Counted from the first letter of the stretch, positions 48,847-58,546 are shown. The stretch is DNA of 64,000 bases from Candidatus Microgenomatus sp. (GCA_020724805.1 DYGI01000001.1:303157-367156), one strand, 5' to 3'. Program-made: numbers and translations. The notes: generated by a model not told the origin, from the letters alone.

Positions 48847-50520
48847 ATGAACAAATCAAAACTCGCCTTCCATGAAGGGAAGGCGCTCATTCGGCTTGCA
48901 GAGAAGTATCCCACGCTCCTCGCTGTCATTCTCGAAAGCATCCAGAACGCTATCGACACGCTCGCCAGCACCGTCTGGGTAACCGTGAATCTGCATCGCA
49001 GTACGGTAACGGTTCGCGACGACGGCACGGGAGCGACCAAAGACTACTTCGAAAAGGCGCTCCTCTCGGTCTGCCACAGCATCAAGACGGACGATAAGAT
49101 GGGGCGTTGGGGCCTAGGGCTCATCAGCCCGCTTGGGAAGTGCGACATGTTTACATTCACTTCCACCAAGCGTGGCACGGTGGGGCCATACCTTCGCTGG
49201 ACGTTCGATACCGAAAAACTCGAGCGGCAATCCAAGATCGACGGGATCCCGTTTGAGGAAGTGAACGATGTCGTATTCATGCCGTCAGGTTCCACTCCGC
49301 CCTTCAGAAAGCAGACAGTGCCATGGCGGACGGAAGTGGCGATGCGTGGCGTGACGAAGGATCGGCTCATCGGCAAAGTGGAGCTCTCTGAGCTTCGCGA
49401 CACCATCCTCGAGCGGTTCTCTGAAGCGATGCGCAAGCGGGGGACCATGATCGTGCTTACGGTGGTGTCCCGCACGAAGGAACGGGCGCAGGAAGAGATC
49501 GTGGCGCTCCAGTTCGATGGCAAGCGGCTTCCCGTGGTTCGGTATGAAGGAAAGGACTGCGGGGGAACGACCTTCGAGTTGTACCTCGCGCGGAAGAAGT
49601 CTCGCGGACGTACGGGCAAGGTGTCGGTCGGTATTCGTCACAACGACTATCGTGTCGGCATCCGTGATTTCGCCCGTTCCGCGACAGGGCTTCTCGCGCC
49701 CGAAGTGGTCGACGCGCTGACCTCAGGTGTGTTCGAGGGATACATCATCTCGCAGAAATGCGAGTTGAACTCGGACCGGAAGGGATTTGTGCAGAACGAC
49801 TCGCTTCTCGACTTTTGTCTCCACCTCGAACGGTGGGTGCAGGAAGTCGGCCTGAAGCATCTTCAGGATCTCGACGACATGCGGCGTGACGAACGGTTCC
49901 AGGTCTTGGGCCTGAAGTCGCTCTCGATCATCGAGGATATGCTGAAGAGCCCCGGGTTTGAGCACCTCATGAAGGTCATCAAGGGGTTTCGCTATGGTAC
50001 GATCGGCGCGGGTCATTTCCCGAAGGGTCGGGTCGTGGAGACGCAGGAAAGACCCTCGGTGGCCATTCAAGGGAGCGGGACGAAGTCGGGGAAGGGTTCG
50101 AGCGGGACAACCGCGAGCACCCCTCCGAAGACGGATCATCCGGAGCACAGCCCCGGTTCGGTGTTGGGGACGCTTGGGCGCCGCCGAAAGGTAGTGCGGG
50201 GGCACAGCACCGGATTGCAGTTCTCGTACGACGAGATGCCGGGGCAAAGCGTGTTGTGGCAGTTCGACGTCACGTACGGCGTCCTCCACTTCAATACCGG
50301 CCATCCGCTCTGGGAGAAAGCGGAGCGAAAAAGCGACCGCGTGCTCATGCGGTTTCAAGAGCACATTGCGGTGAAAGCGCTCACGCTCGCCACCATTCCG
50401 CCGGAATGGACGGAAGTAGCGGAGAAGTTCGTCTACGAAGAACTTCCCGCAGTGCTCCATCTTCTCCTGAACGAACGGCCGACGGCGCGCAAGAAAAACG
50501 CCGTAGCCGCAGCGGCATAG
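48847..50520 (+). CDS. GHKL (HSP90/MutL/MORC-like) ATPase
   Basis: ESIQNAID, DDGTG, GRWGLG motifs. Confidence 0.8.
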   Translation: MNKSKLAFHEGKALIRLAEKYPTLLAVILESIQNAIDTLASTVWVTVNLHRSTVTVRDDGTGATKDYFEKALLSVCHSIKTDDKMGRWGLGLISPLGKCDMFTFTSTKRGTVGPYLRWTFDTEKLERQSKIDGIPFEEVNDVVFMPSGSTPPFRKQTVPWRTEVAMRGVTKDRLIGKVELSELRDTILERFSEAMRKRGTMIVLTVVSRTKERAQEEIVALQFDGKRLPVVRYEGKDCGGTTFELYLARKKSRGRTGKVSVGIRHNDYRVGIRDFARSATGLLAPEVVDALTSGVFEGYIISQKCELNSDRKGFVQNDSLLDFCLHLERWVQEVGLKHLQDLDDMRRDERFQVLGLKSLSIIEDMLKSPGFEHLMKVIKGFRYGTIGAGHFPKGRVVETQERPSVAIQGSGTKSGKGSSGTTASTPPKTDHPEHSPGSVLGTLGRRRKVVRGHSTGLQFSYDEMPGQSVLWQFDVTYGVLHFNTGHPLWEKAERKSDRVLMRFQEHIAVKALTLATIPPEWTEVAEKFVYEELPAVLHLLLNERPTARKKNAVAAAA

Positions 50521-50601
50521 CGCCGTTTCATCGATTCAAGAAACCCCGAAGCAGTTCATCGCTTCGGGGTTTTTGTTGTGTGGAAGGTGTACAATAAGGA
50601 C

Positions 50602-50907
50602 ATGAAAGTGTGGTTAGGAGAATTCGTGCAGTTTTTGAAGGAATACAAGGTAATCGCGCTTGCGGTTGCGTTCGTGATGGGCGCAGCGAGCACGGACCTG
50701 GTGAAGTCGCTGGTGAACGACGTATTCATGCCGCTCGTCGCGCCCCTCCTTCCAGAGGGGGCGTGGCAGACGGCGACGCTTGCACTTGGACCCGTGAATA
50801 TCGCGTACGGCTCGTTTCTCGCCGAACTTTTGAACTTCGTCATTCTCGCGCTTGTGGTGTTTCTCGTCGCGCGGAAGATATTAAAAACGGACGCGCCGGC
50901 AAAATAG
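50602..50907 (+). CDS. mscL: Large-conductance mechanosensitive channel
   Basis: LAVAFVMGAA..LVKSLVNDVFMP, YGSFL..LLNFVI. Confidence 0.9.
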   Translation: MKVWLGEFVQFLKEYKVIALAVAFVMGAASTDLVKSLVNDVFMPLVAPLLPEGAWQTATLALGPVNIAYGSFLAELLNFVILALVVFLVARKILKTDAPAK

Positions 50908-50984
50908 AAGTTTTTTGTACAAAAAATATGAAACCCCGATGCGAATGCTCGCGTCGGGGTTTCGTGATGAGATGAGGAGAGGTA

Positions 50985-51734
50985 TCAGACCCTCAGCCAA
51001 TCCGTGGTGGTGCTGAGGAGCGTGATGCCGAGCGCCACGAGGAATACGTACGCGCCGGCCCAGGTTCGCTGCTCTTCCACCGTCATAGCTCTCCGGTCGT
51101 AGCTGCCCTTAGGGTCATCCCGTTTCGACTGGAGACGGAGTCCCCAGAAGATGAGATAGATGGTCCCGAAGTAGAACTGGAGGGTGAGGATGGCGGTTGC
51201 GATGCCCACGATGCCGATCGTGATGGCCATGCCGTGCACGAAGTCGCGGTCACGGTCCTCCGATACGCTGTCGAAGAGCACCTTAGTGAACCTGCCGCCG
51301 TCGAAGATGCCGAAGGGGAGCAGATTGAAGAGAATGAGGCTCCCATTCAGATTGGCGACCTGCATGAGCTCCGCGCCAGTTACCGCGCCGGCGCCGTAGA
51401 GGATGCCGTAGGCGACGATGACGAGGATGTTTGCGGCAACGCCTGCCAGGTAGATTCCCGCCTTCGTGTTCCAGGAAAGCGCGTCGAAACGTTCCTTCTG
51501 ACGTGGATCGGGGATAGCGCCGCCGAGGATGACGAGGAATACGAGGTAGGTGCGGATGCCGTTTGCTTCGAGCACCGCGAGGTGTCCGAGCTCATGGACC
51601 ACGATGCTCACGAGAAGCATGGTGGCGACGAACGACGGATCGGATGCGCCGAGCCATTCCGCGAGGTACTCGAATGCGTACCAGTTGAGCACCGCGGTGA
51701 CCGTGGCAACGAGATAGCCGATAAGTCGGCCCAT
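50985..51734 (-). CDS. M50 family membrane metalloprotease
   Basis: VHELGH, FNLLPFGIFDGG. Confidence 0.85.
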   Translation of the reverse strand: MGRLIGYLVATVTAVLNWYAFEYLAEWLGASDPSFVATMLLVSIVVHELGHLAVLEANGIRTYLVFLVILGGAIPDPRQKERFDALSWNTKAGIYLAGVAANILVIVAYGILYGAGAVTGAELMQVANLNGSLILFNLLPFGIFDGGRFTKVLFDSVSEDRDRDFVHGMAITIGIVGIATAILTLQFYFGTIYLIFWGLRLQSKRDDPKGSYDRRAMTVEEQRTWAGAYVFLVALGITLLSTTTDWLRV

Positions 51735-51902
51735 AAAACCTCCCTAAGTGATGGAAAATGGTGAGACACCAACGCTGGTTTCTTTTTAGCATATTTTAGT
51801 AAAAATGTCAACTCATGATGCGGAGTGAAACGAACCGGGAGAGCGCTATATTAAATTAGAGTAGGCAAGGGTGGGGTTTTTGTTTGGTATAATAGTTTCA
51901 CT

Positions 51903-52271
51903 ATGGCGAAATATGTTGATGGGTTTGTGATTCCCGTTCCGAAGGAGAACACGGCACAGTACAAGGCGATGGCGGCGGAGGGAAGCCGCGTGTGGAAGCG
52001 GTTCGGCGCCTTGGACTACAAGGAGTGTATTTTGAATGATGCCCGGCCGGACAAAAAGCTGAAGTTTACTTTCCCCAAAATGGCGAAGGTGAAGGCGGGG
52101 GAGACGGTATGGTTTTCGTTCATCGTCTACCGCTCGCGCGCGCACCGCGACGCGGTGAACAAGAAAGTGATGGCGTATTTCTCGAAGAAGTATAAGAAGA
52201 GTGATATGAAGATGCCGTTCGATATGAAGCGCTTTGCGTACGGCGGCTTCAAAGTGGTGGTGGAGCGATAA
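51903..52271 (+). CDS. DUF1428 family protein
   Basis: YVDGFVIPVP, SRAHRDAVN, MPFDMKRFAYGGF. Confidence 0.85.
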   Translation: MAKYVDGFVIPVPKENTAQYKAMAAEGSRVWKRFGALDYKECILNDARPDKKLKFTFPKMAKVKAGETVWFSFIVYRSRAHRDAVNKKVMAYFSKKYKKSDMKMPFDMKRFAYGGFKVVVER

Positions 52272-52322
52272 ACAACAAAGTCCCGCCTCAAGGCGGGTTT
52301 TTGAGTGTGTTAAGATTAGGAC

Positions 52323-53222
52323 ATGGTAAATAAGGTTTATTTTGGAGACAACCTTGCGCTGTTAAAATCGTTACCCACGAGATCGGTGCGGCTGATTTAT
52401 ATTGATCCGCCGTTCAACACCGGAAAAGTACAGAAACGGAAACAGCTCAAGACGATCCGCGCGGCCGACGGAGATCGTGTAGGTTTTAAAGGGCAACGTT
52501 ATCAAACGACCGTAGTGGGGGAAAAGGGATACGCTGATGTTTTCGATGACTATCTCGGCTTTCTTGAGCCACGACTCCGAGAAACTCGTCGTGTGCTCAC
52601 CGATGATGGGAGTTTGTATTTTCACATCGATTATCGGGAAGTGCATTATTGTAAGATTCTACTTGATCAGATATTTGGCCGCGAATCGTTTTTGAACGAG
52701 ATCATATGGGCGTATGACTACGGCGCACGCACAAAAAAGAAATGGCCCGCAAAACATGACAATATCTTGTGGTATGCGAAGGATCCGGAACGTTACATCT
52801 TCAACTACGAGGAAATTGAACGAATACCTTACATGGCGCCCGGGCTCGTGGGTCCCGAGAAAGCTAAACGGGGGAAAACGCCTACCGATACGTGGTGGAA
52901 CACCATCGTGAGTCCGAACGGAAAGGAAAAAACCGGATACCCTACACAGAAACCGCTCAGTATTATACGACGCATTGTTCTAGCGTCGTCGAATCCCGGC
53001 GATATGGTGATGGACTTTTTTGCTGGAAGCGGAACTCTTGGCGAGGCCGCGCTTGAACTCGGAAGAAATTTTATTTTAGCAGACAGCAATCCCGAAGCGA
53101 TCGAAGTAATGAAGAAACGATTACTCAAGTATCCTAATGTGGCATTTGAAACGTTAGAGAAAGATGCAGATGCCCAACCTTTGAAGCTTGTTTCGGAACA
53201 AAAAGTTCACACTTTACTGTGA
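52323..53222 (+). CDS. Site-specific DNA methyltransferase (N4C/N6A, beta class)
   Basis: IYIDPPF before DFFAGSGT; YPTQKP. Confidence 0.93.
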   Translation: MVNKVYFGDNLALLKSLPTRSVRLIYIDPPFNTGKVQKRKQLKTIRAADGDRVGFKGQRYQTTVVGEKGYADVFDDYLGFLEPRLRETRRVLTDDGSLYFHIDYREVHYCKILLDQIFGRESFLNEIIWAYDYGARTKKKWPAKHDNILWYAKDPERYIFNYEEIERIPYMAPGLVGPEKAKRGKTPTDTWWNTIVSPNGKEKTGYPTQKPLSIIRRIVLASSNPGDMVMDFFAGSGTLGEAALELGRNFILADSNPEAIEVMKKRLLKYPNVAFETLEKDADAQPLKLVSEQKVHTLL

Positions 53223-53755
53223 AGCGTAAGGTTACCAATCACGATGTTGGAATGCTTGCGAGCATCGCGCAGAGCCTCCGCGCTGACTATGTGAGCAATG
53301 ATGCGGCATGGGAAGGCAGCCCATTTGCATGGATTAGAACGCGTCCATCACGTCAGAAAGGCAAGATTGGGGAACAGCTCGTTGCCGGATGGTGCGCAGC
53401 AAAAAGTTTGAACGTGGAACGAAGCCCTGATAGTGACGCAGATCGTGTTATTGAGGGGAAAAGAGTTGAGATAAAACTTTCAACGCTTTGGGAAAGTGGA
53501 ATTTATAAATTTCAACAGCTCCGTGATCAGAATTATGAATACCTTATTTGTCTCGGTATCTCTCCTTTTGATGCGCGCGCCTGGGTTTTCAAGAAGAGCG
53601 AAATACCATTTGATCGCTTAGACCATCAACATGGAGGATCACGCGGAAGAGATACTTGGTGGATAGAAGCAGATCCAAATCGCCCTCCAAGGTGGATGAT
53701 GCGTGATCAGCGCGGGAAATTATCCGATGTGTATCGAATTTTGAAAAGCAGATAG
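53219..53755 (+). CDS. Putative cognate restriction endonuclease (PD-(D/E)XK)
   Basis: GE..D..VEIK; overlaps the MTase stop (GTGA). Confidence 0.7.
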   Translation: MKRKVTNHDVGMLASIAQSLRADYVSNDAAWEGSPFAWIRTRPSRQKGKIGEQLVAGWCAAKSLNVERSPDSDADRVIEGKRVEIKLSTLWESGIYKFQQLRDQNYEYLICLGISPFDARAWVFKKSEIPFDRLDHQHGGSRGRDTWWIEADPNRPPRWMMRDQRGKLSDVYRILKSR

Positions 53756-53870
53756 CATGGCTCGTTGAAGGTTTTCCGGAATCACGGTATAATAAGAAAA
53801 AAGTAGGGGACCAGCGTCCCGACCTGAAAGCCGTTTGACTTCCATGCCGGGCCAACCCGGATTTTTAATT

Positions 53871-54215
53871 ATGGATCAGGAACTGCAGAAGAAAATTCTA
53901 GAGGTTATAAAAAAGAACGGCGGCCAAGCTTCCGTTGGATATTTGGGTGTAGCAGTTGGTTCGAAAGTTTTGTCTGGCGAAAAGACCGGAATAGATAAGT
54001 GGAAACATAATCTACATCTCTTAATCGACTCTAATAAAATCAAAGAAATCGGAGAAGGTTTACGACCCACTTCATCGGTGAGAATTACCGAGGAGGGAGA
54101 AAGTTTTCTTAAGGGTGAGAGTAATGATGGGGATATTCTAAAGCTGTCTCCGGAGTTTTATGGTGTCGGAATAAACCTCAAATCTCTTTGGAGAAAGATT
54201 AAGTCATGGTTCTAG
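53871..54215 (+). CDS. Hypothetical protein, winged-helix-like
   Basis: Low-GC ORF; RITEEGESFL wing-like pattern. Confidence 0.55.
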   Translation: MDQELQKKILEVIKKNGGQASVGYLGVAVGSKVLSGEKTGIDKWKHNLHLLIDSNKIKEIGEGLRPTSSVRITEEGESFLKGESNDGDILKLSPEFYGVGINLKSLWRKIKSWF

Positions 54216-54279
54216 CTTCCCATCTAAAGTAGTTCTCAGAACTATGAACACCTACGCCGAAGCGATGTTAATTTAAGTT

Positions 54280-54591
54280 ATGGATTACAAAAGCAAAACA
54301 GATGAGGAAATAGTGGAAATTGCAAAAGAGGGAATTATACGATCACCGCAGGGCGCGCAAGCCGAAATGATGCGTCGGCTTAAAGATTCTATCGTGAAAT
54401 TAGATATCAGCACCTCTCGTTATAACCGCATGTTAGTGAGACTAACCTATTTTCTTTTAGTTATAGCAATTTTTCAGTTGTGGTATTACGCATTCGATGG
54501 GCGTCTCAATTCATTGACAGCGCTCGCCGGCTTACTAGCGATCCTTCCAATTCTTATTGTTTATAGACGAGAAATTGCTCGCTTGAAATAA
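54280..54591 (+). CDS. Hypothetical protein with two TM segments
   Basis: Low-GC ORF with two C-terminal hydrophobic segments. Confidence 0.6.
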   Translation: MDYKSKTDEEIVEIAKEGIIRSPQGAQAEMMRRLKDSIVKLDISTSRYNRMLVRLTYFLLVIAIFQLWYYAFDGRLNSLTALAGLLAILPILIVYRREIARLK

Positions 54592-54631
54592 AAAATGACC
54601 ACCTACACCGGATCGATGTTTAAATAAATCT

Positions 54632-54991
54632 ATGGCCTGGCACCATTATTTTAAAAAGTTTTACAGAAAGAAGATTGGTCAGACGCCTCACTCCCGACGC
54701 CTATGGGCCGCTCTTAAAGAGCGTGGAATAGATTCCGAAACCGAGTATTTCGATGGTCACAAGCATGTTGATATCGCCATTCGTAGTGCTCGTATCTATA
54801 TTGAGGTAGATGGTATCCAGCATTTTACTAACCCAGAGCAAATCATGAGAGATTTCAAGCGGAGCCATTATTCTGATGGTGACGACTTTAGCACTTTCTA
54901 CGTAACCAACCAGATCATTGAAACGCACTTGAACGAAGTTGCAGACGCTATCGCTAAAGTTGTGGAAATGAAACTTAACCCCTCCCCATGA
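54632..54991 (+). CDS. DUF559/Vsr-like endonuclease
   Basis: LW.AL, VDIAI, IEVDG.QH, RD. Confidence 0.7.
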   Translation: MAWHHYFKKFYRKKIGQTPHSRRLWAALKERGIDSETEYFDGHKHVDIAIRSARIYIEVDGIQHFTNPEQIMRDFKRSHYSDGDDFSTFYVTNQIIETHLNEVADAIAKVVEMKLNPSP

Positions 54992-55740
54992 CCCTCCAAA
55001 ATCTTTCATTACTCGTAATGGCCATCGCGGTGGCGATATTGATTTTCGCGGCCGTGGGGCTCTACCCCGGGAGCTTTATGGTGCTACGGATAGTGACTTT
55101 CCTCGCGGCCGCGGCGTTTGCAAACCTTGCGTACCGGAGCAAGCAAATCCCGTGGCTATGCGTATTTGTGGCAATAGCGGTGGTGTTTAACCCGTTTATT
55201 CCTTTTGCCCTGAACGACGCGACCCTATGGCGCGTGATAGACGCGGCGGTGGTGCTCATTTTCGGATTTTTCTTCTGGCGCTACTACGACCGGTACGGCA
55301 AGGGGCATCGGTTCGAGGAATATGTGGCCGCGCTTTTTCCCGCGCACCACTGGGTGGTGGTGGACCGGACGCGGGATTTTTCAAAAACACTCGGGCGGTT
55401 TGTGGAGTCGGACACCAATCCCGACTTTATGTTTCGCGACGTGAAGACCGGAAAATCGTTTGCGGTGGAGTGCAAGTTCAGATCGTATCTCTACAAAGGC
55501 GGCATTTCGTGGGATAGGCAGAGAGGGGAACGGTACCATGCGTATGGCGTGAAGCACAGCGTGCCGGTGTTCATCGCAATCGGGCTTGGTGGGAGCCCCA
55601 AGAAGCCCGAGCGGCTGTTTATGTGCCCTTTGGAAAAACTGAACAACTTTGCGAACCCCGTGGTGCCGATGGAGGAGTTTGTCCGCTACGAGCGCGACCC
55701 GAAAAGGCAGTTCGTTTCGATTGAGGAGATTATAGGATAG
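54988..55740 (+). CDS. Membrane-anchored PD-(D/E)XK nuclease-like protein
   Basis: Hydrophobic N-terminus (IAVVFNPFIP), then G..FEEYV, PDF, VECKFR. Confidence 0.7.
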   Translation: MTLQNLSLLVMAIAVAILIFAAVGLYPGSFMVLRIVTFLAAAAFANLAYRSKQIPWLCVFVAIAVVFNPFIPFALNDATLWRVIDAAVVLIFGFFFWRYYDRYGKGHRFEEYVAALFPAHHWVVVDRTRDFSKTLGRFVESDTNPDFMFRDVKTGKSFAVECKFRSYLYKGGISWDRQRGERYHAYGVKHSVPVFIAIGLGGSPKKPERLFMCPLEKLNNFANPVVPMEEFVRYERDPKRQFVSIEEIIG

Positions 55741-55779
55741 CTTCCCACTGACCTACCCCAATTGGGGTAGAATGGAGAT

Positions 55780-56313
55780 ATGAAAATAGCGGTAGGGACC
55801 GTTTCGGAACAAAAAATAGGATATCTACGTGAAATTCTCGCAGAGGTCGGCGTTTCCGCTGAAACTTTTCCAGTTGGTGTATCAAGCGAAATAGCGGAAC
55901 AGCCGTTCACCTCGGATGAGGTAAAGCGGGGTTCGTTGAATCGAGCCCGCCACGCACTGGAAAAAGTTCCCGATGCCGACATATCAATTGGCATCGAGGT
56001 GGGATATGAAAAGGATAAAAACGGGAGTTTTTGGATGTTTTGTTGGGGGACAGCGATCGATAAGGCGGGATTCATAATTTCACACAAATCAAATGAGTTT
56101 CTCCTCCCCGCGTTTTTTCAAAGCGTCCTTCAAGATGGACGATACGTTTCTGATTCTGTGGCTGAATATAAGAGGCAGCAGTCAGACACCGCGGGGCATG
56201 TAATCGCGGACATCGTAACTTACCGCAAGCCCTTCATTGTGGACGCGGTACGAAACGTATTGCTTCGCTACGTAAAGCGTGAGGAATTTGAAAGAAAGCA
56301 TCCTTTCCTATGA
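55780..56313 (+). CDS. YjjX/DUF84 non-canonical purine NTP phosphatase-like protein
   Basis: IAVGT, VSS.I.EQP, G..NRA, IGIEVG. Confidence 0.75.
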   Translation: MKIAVGTVSEQKIGYLREILAEVGVSAETFPVGVSSEIAEQPFTSDEVKRGSLNRARHALEKVPDADISIGIEVGYEKDKNGSFWMFCWGTAIDKAGFIISHKSNEFLLPAFFQSVLQDGRYVSDSVAEYKRQQSDTAGHVIADIVTYRKPFIVDAVRNVLLRYVKREEFERKHPFL

Positions 56314-56341
56314 GCTCAGCAAATTAGGGTAGAATAGAGGT

Positions 56342-56818
56342 ATGAAAAACCCCATCGACTTCTCGCGAGGGCTTATAAAAGGAAAAATTGCGGAGGTTAT
56401 TTTCGAGCAAATGTTCCGCGAGTCGGGCGAGTTTACTATTCTCCATTTTGGATACGAATATACATCGCAAGAATTGGCCCAATATCGGAAAACCCTTAAA
56501 AAAGAGGTTGTGGAAGATATAAGTAACGCACCTGACTTCGCACTTATTTCACAATCGAAGAAAGAATTGTATTTAGTTGAAGTGAAGTATCGCTCGCAGT
56601 ACAACAGGGATGATTTGAAAGAAATTGCCAGAACTCAACTTAAGCGATGGGACCCATCATGGCTTTTTGTGGCATCTCCAAAAGGATTTTTCTTTTCGCC
56701 TTGTAGCTCAATTGTAAAAAGTGGGGGAGAAATGGAACCTTTGCGCGACACGTGGGTAAATAAAGAATCGCAAAAGGAGTATCTGAAACTACTGAACGAG
56801 TTCATAAAACAGAAATAA
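56342..56818 (+). CDS. PD-(D/E)XK nuclease-like protein
   Basis: G.IAE, APDF, LVEVKYR. Confidence 0.7.
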   Translation: MKNPIDFSRGLIKGKIAEVIFEQMFRESGEFTILHFGYEYTSQELAQYRKTLKKEVVEDISNAPDFALISQSKKELYLVEVKYRSQYNRDDLKEIARTQLKRWDPSWLFVASPKGFFFSPCSSIVKSGGEMEPLRDTWVNKESQKEYLKLLNEFIKQK

Positions 56819-56892
56819 ACTCCCCATGACCCTCCAAAATCTTTCATTACTCGTAATGGCCATCGCGGTGGAAAAGAAACGGCCATCAGTTT

Positions 56893-57147
56893 CTATTGAA
56901 TTCTGATGGCCGCGAGAATGAAGATAATGAGAACGATGAGGGCGACGCCGAAGGGGATAGGATTCTGTGCGATGAAGTGACCAAGCGAGCGGCCCATCCA
57001 TCGTACAAATGTGGCGAGTTGTCGCCCCGTCCACCCTCGGAAGCGATTCGCCTGCGCGGGGCTCACCATATAGATAATCGCGTAGCACGTGAGCCACATC
57101 CCCGTGAGCAGCGCTACCCACTGCATGGAATATTCGAAAAGAGTCAT
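56893..57147 (-). CDS. Small protein with two TM segments
   Basis: AGAGGA SD; consensus minus-strand promoter at 57211-57240. Confidence 0.55.
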   Translation of the reverse strand: MTLFEYSMQWVALLTGMWLTCYAIIYMVSPAQANRFRGWTGRQLATFVRWMGRSLGHFIAQNPIPFGVALIVLIIFILAAIRIQ

Positions 57148-57317
57148 AAGGTCCTCTTTTTGGTTTTGAAAGATCGGCGACGCACAACCTATCGTGAATT
57201 GTGTGGATGCATTATAGCATATTATATGCTAATATGTCAATATGTGTATATTTAGCGTGGTATCAGTTCTCAGTCAATGCACTTCCAATGTTTGTGGGAT
57301 AAAATGGAGGTGTGAGC

Positions 57318-58073
57318 ATGGAAATGTCCAACACGATGGAGCTTAGACCAGAGAAGGAATCGCTCGGTCCGGAATTCCTCGCCGAGCAGGCCCGGCTTCC
57401 GCGCGAGGAATGGGACGAGCGTTTTCGTATACTCGTCGCGAAGAAGAGCGAGGAAAATCAAAAGGTGATTGCGGAGGGGGTGGAAGAAGGTCCGGAGTCG
57501 CCGGAGGAGCGCGTGTTCCGCCGCTATTGCGACGGGCTTGGGCTCGACGAAGAATCGCTCCACGGAAAGCGCATCGTGGACTTTGGGTGCGGCGAGGAAG
57601 GGGAATTCGTAAAATATTGCATTGAGCACGGAATCACCACGGAAGTCTACGGTGTGGACGCGCAGGTGGACGAGTCTTTGGTGGAAGAGAAATTCAAAAA
57701 ACACCTCGTGAAAGGATATTTTGAAGATGAAGCGCCGGTACGCGATGCGGATTACGTGATTTCCGTGGGGGCGGTATCAAATGAGATATGGGGAGGCGAA
57801 ACGCAGGGGGATATTGAGAAAATACTCGCGCGTGCCGTGGACGCACTGAAAGACGGCGGAGAGATAAGAATGTACCCGATACAGGAAGCCGCCCGCGCGA
57901 CCCCGCTGGAAGGGCTTGCGGCATCACGGGAAAGATGGAAAGAGATACTGGACGCATTTGCCGCGGACCACGGCGTGGAATATCGGCTGGAACCGCGCGA
58001 TATCAAAGTGGCAGGAAACGACAACGACATCATCCTTGAATCGGTGCTTGTGATGAAAAGGAAACATAAATAG
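57318..58073 (+). CDS. SAM-dependent methyltransferase-like protein
   Basis: IVDFGCG motif I, YGVD, ALKDGG. Confidence 0.7.
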   Translation: MEMSNTMELRPEKESLGPEFLAEQARLPREEWDERFRILVAKKSEENQKVIAEGVEEGPESPEERVFRRYCDGLGLDEESLHGKRIVDFGCGEEGEFVKYCIEHGITTEVYGVDAQVDESLVEEKFKKHLVKGYFEDEAPVRDADYVISVGAVSNEIWGGETQGDIEKILARAVDALKDGGEIRMYPIQEAARATPLEGLAASRERWKEILDAFAADHGVEYRLEPRDIKVAGNDNDIILESVLVMKRKHK

Positions 58074-58182
58074 CTCCTCCCACTGACCCCCGACAGCAGT
58101 AAACAGCTAGACGGGCAGGCTGAAACAAAAAGCCGCTCACGCTGTACGAACAACGTGAGCGGTATACTTATGTGCCGGCGGT

Positions 58183-58404
58183 TCAGGCGGGAGTTGGGGT
58201 GAAATTGGGCGGACCGGAGCAGTTGTCTCCCAGCGCCCTCATGGACTTCTCTTCCCGTCGCCGGCGAATGATGGATTCAATGTCGCTCCCTTTTGCGCAC
58301 ACGAACCCCGCACCTCCCTCCAACGCGAGGAAACTGCAGGTTTCGGATCCTTTTCCCCGCTTGCAGAGCGTTTGCATGCGTGCTTCATCGACCTTGGTGG
58401 CCAT
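58183..58404 (-). CDS. Small four-Cys hypothetical protein
   Basis: GGGAGG SD; 73 aa. Confidence 0.55.
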   Translation of the reverse strand: MATKVDEARMQTLCKRGKGSETCSFLALEGGAGFVCAKGSDIESIIRRRREEKSMRALGDNCSGPPNFTPTPA

Positions 58405-58546
58405 AGTACCTCCCTTTGCTGGTGAGCGAATACTGACGCCACCTTACCACCGCTCCGCCCCGGGAGTCAATTGACAAATACCACCAATCGGTGGTATTTT
58501 GTTTTCAGCCCTAATTAACTTATTTTCCATTAAAACGGAGGTTTGT

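Larger units (their letters stand above)
54982..56871. repeat. 52-bp perfect direct repeat (54982-55033 and 56820-56871)
   Basis: CTCCCCATGACCCTCCAAAATCTTTCATTACTCGTAATGGCCATCGCGGTGG occurs twice. Confidence 0.92.

Noticed and set aside
53756-57000. Classical integron
   Set aside because: No tyrosine integrase and no clear attC (RYYYAAC...GTTRRRY) palindromes seen
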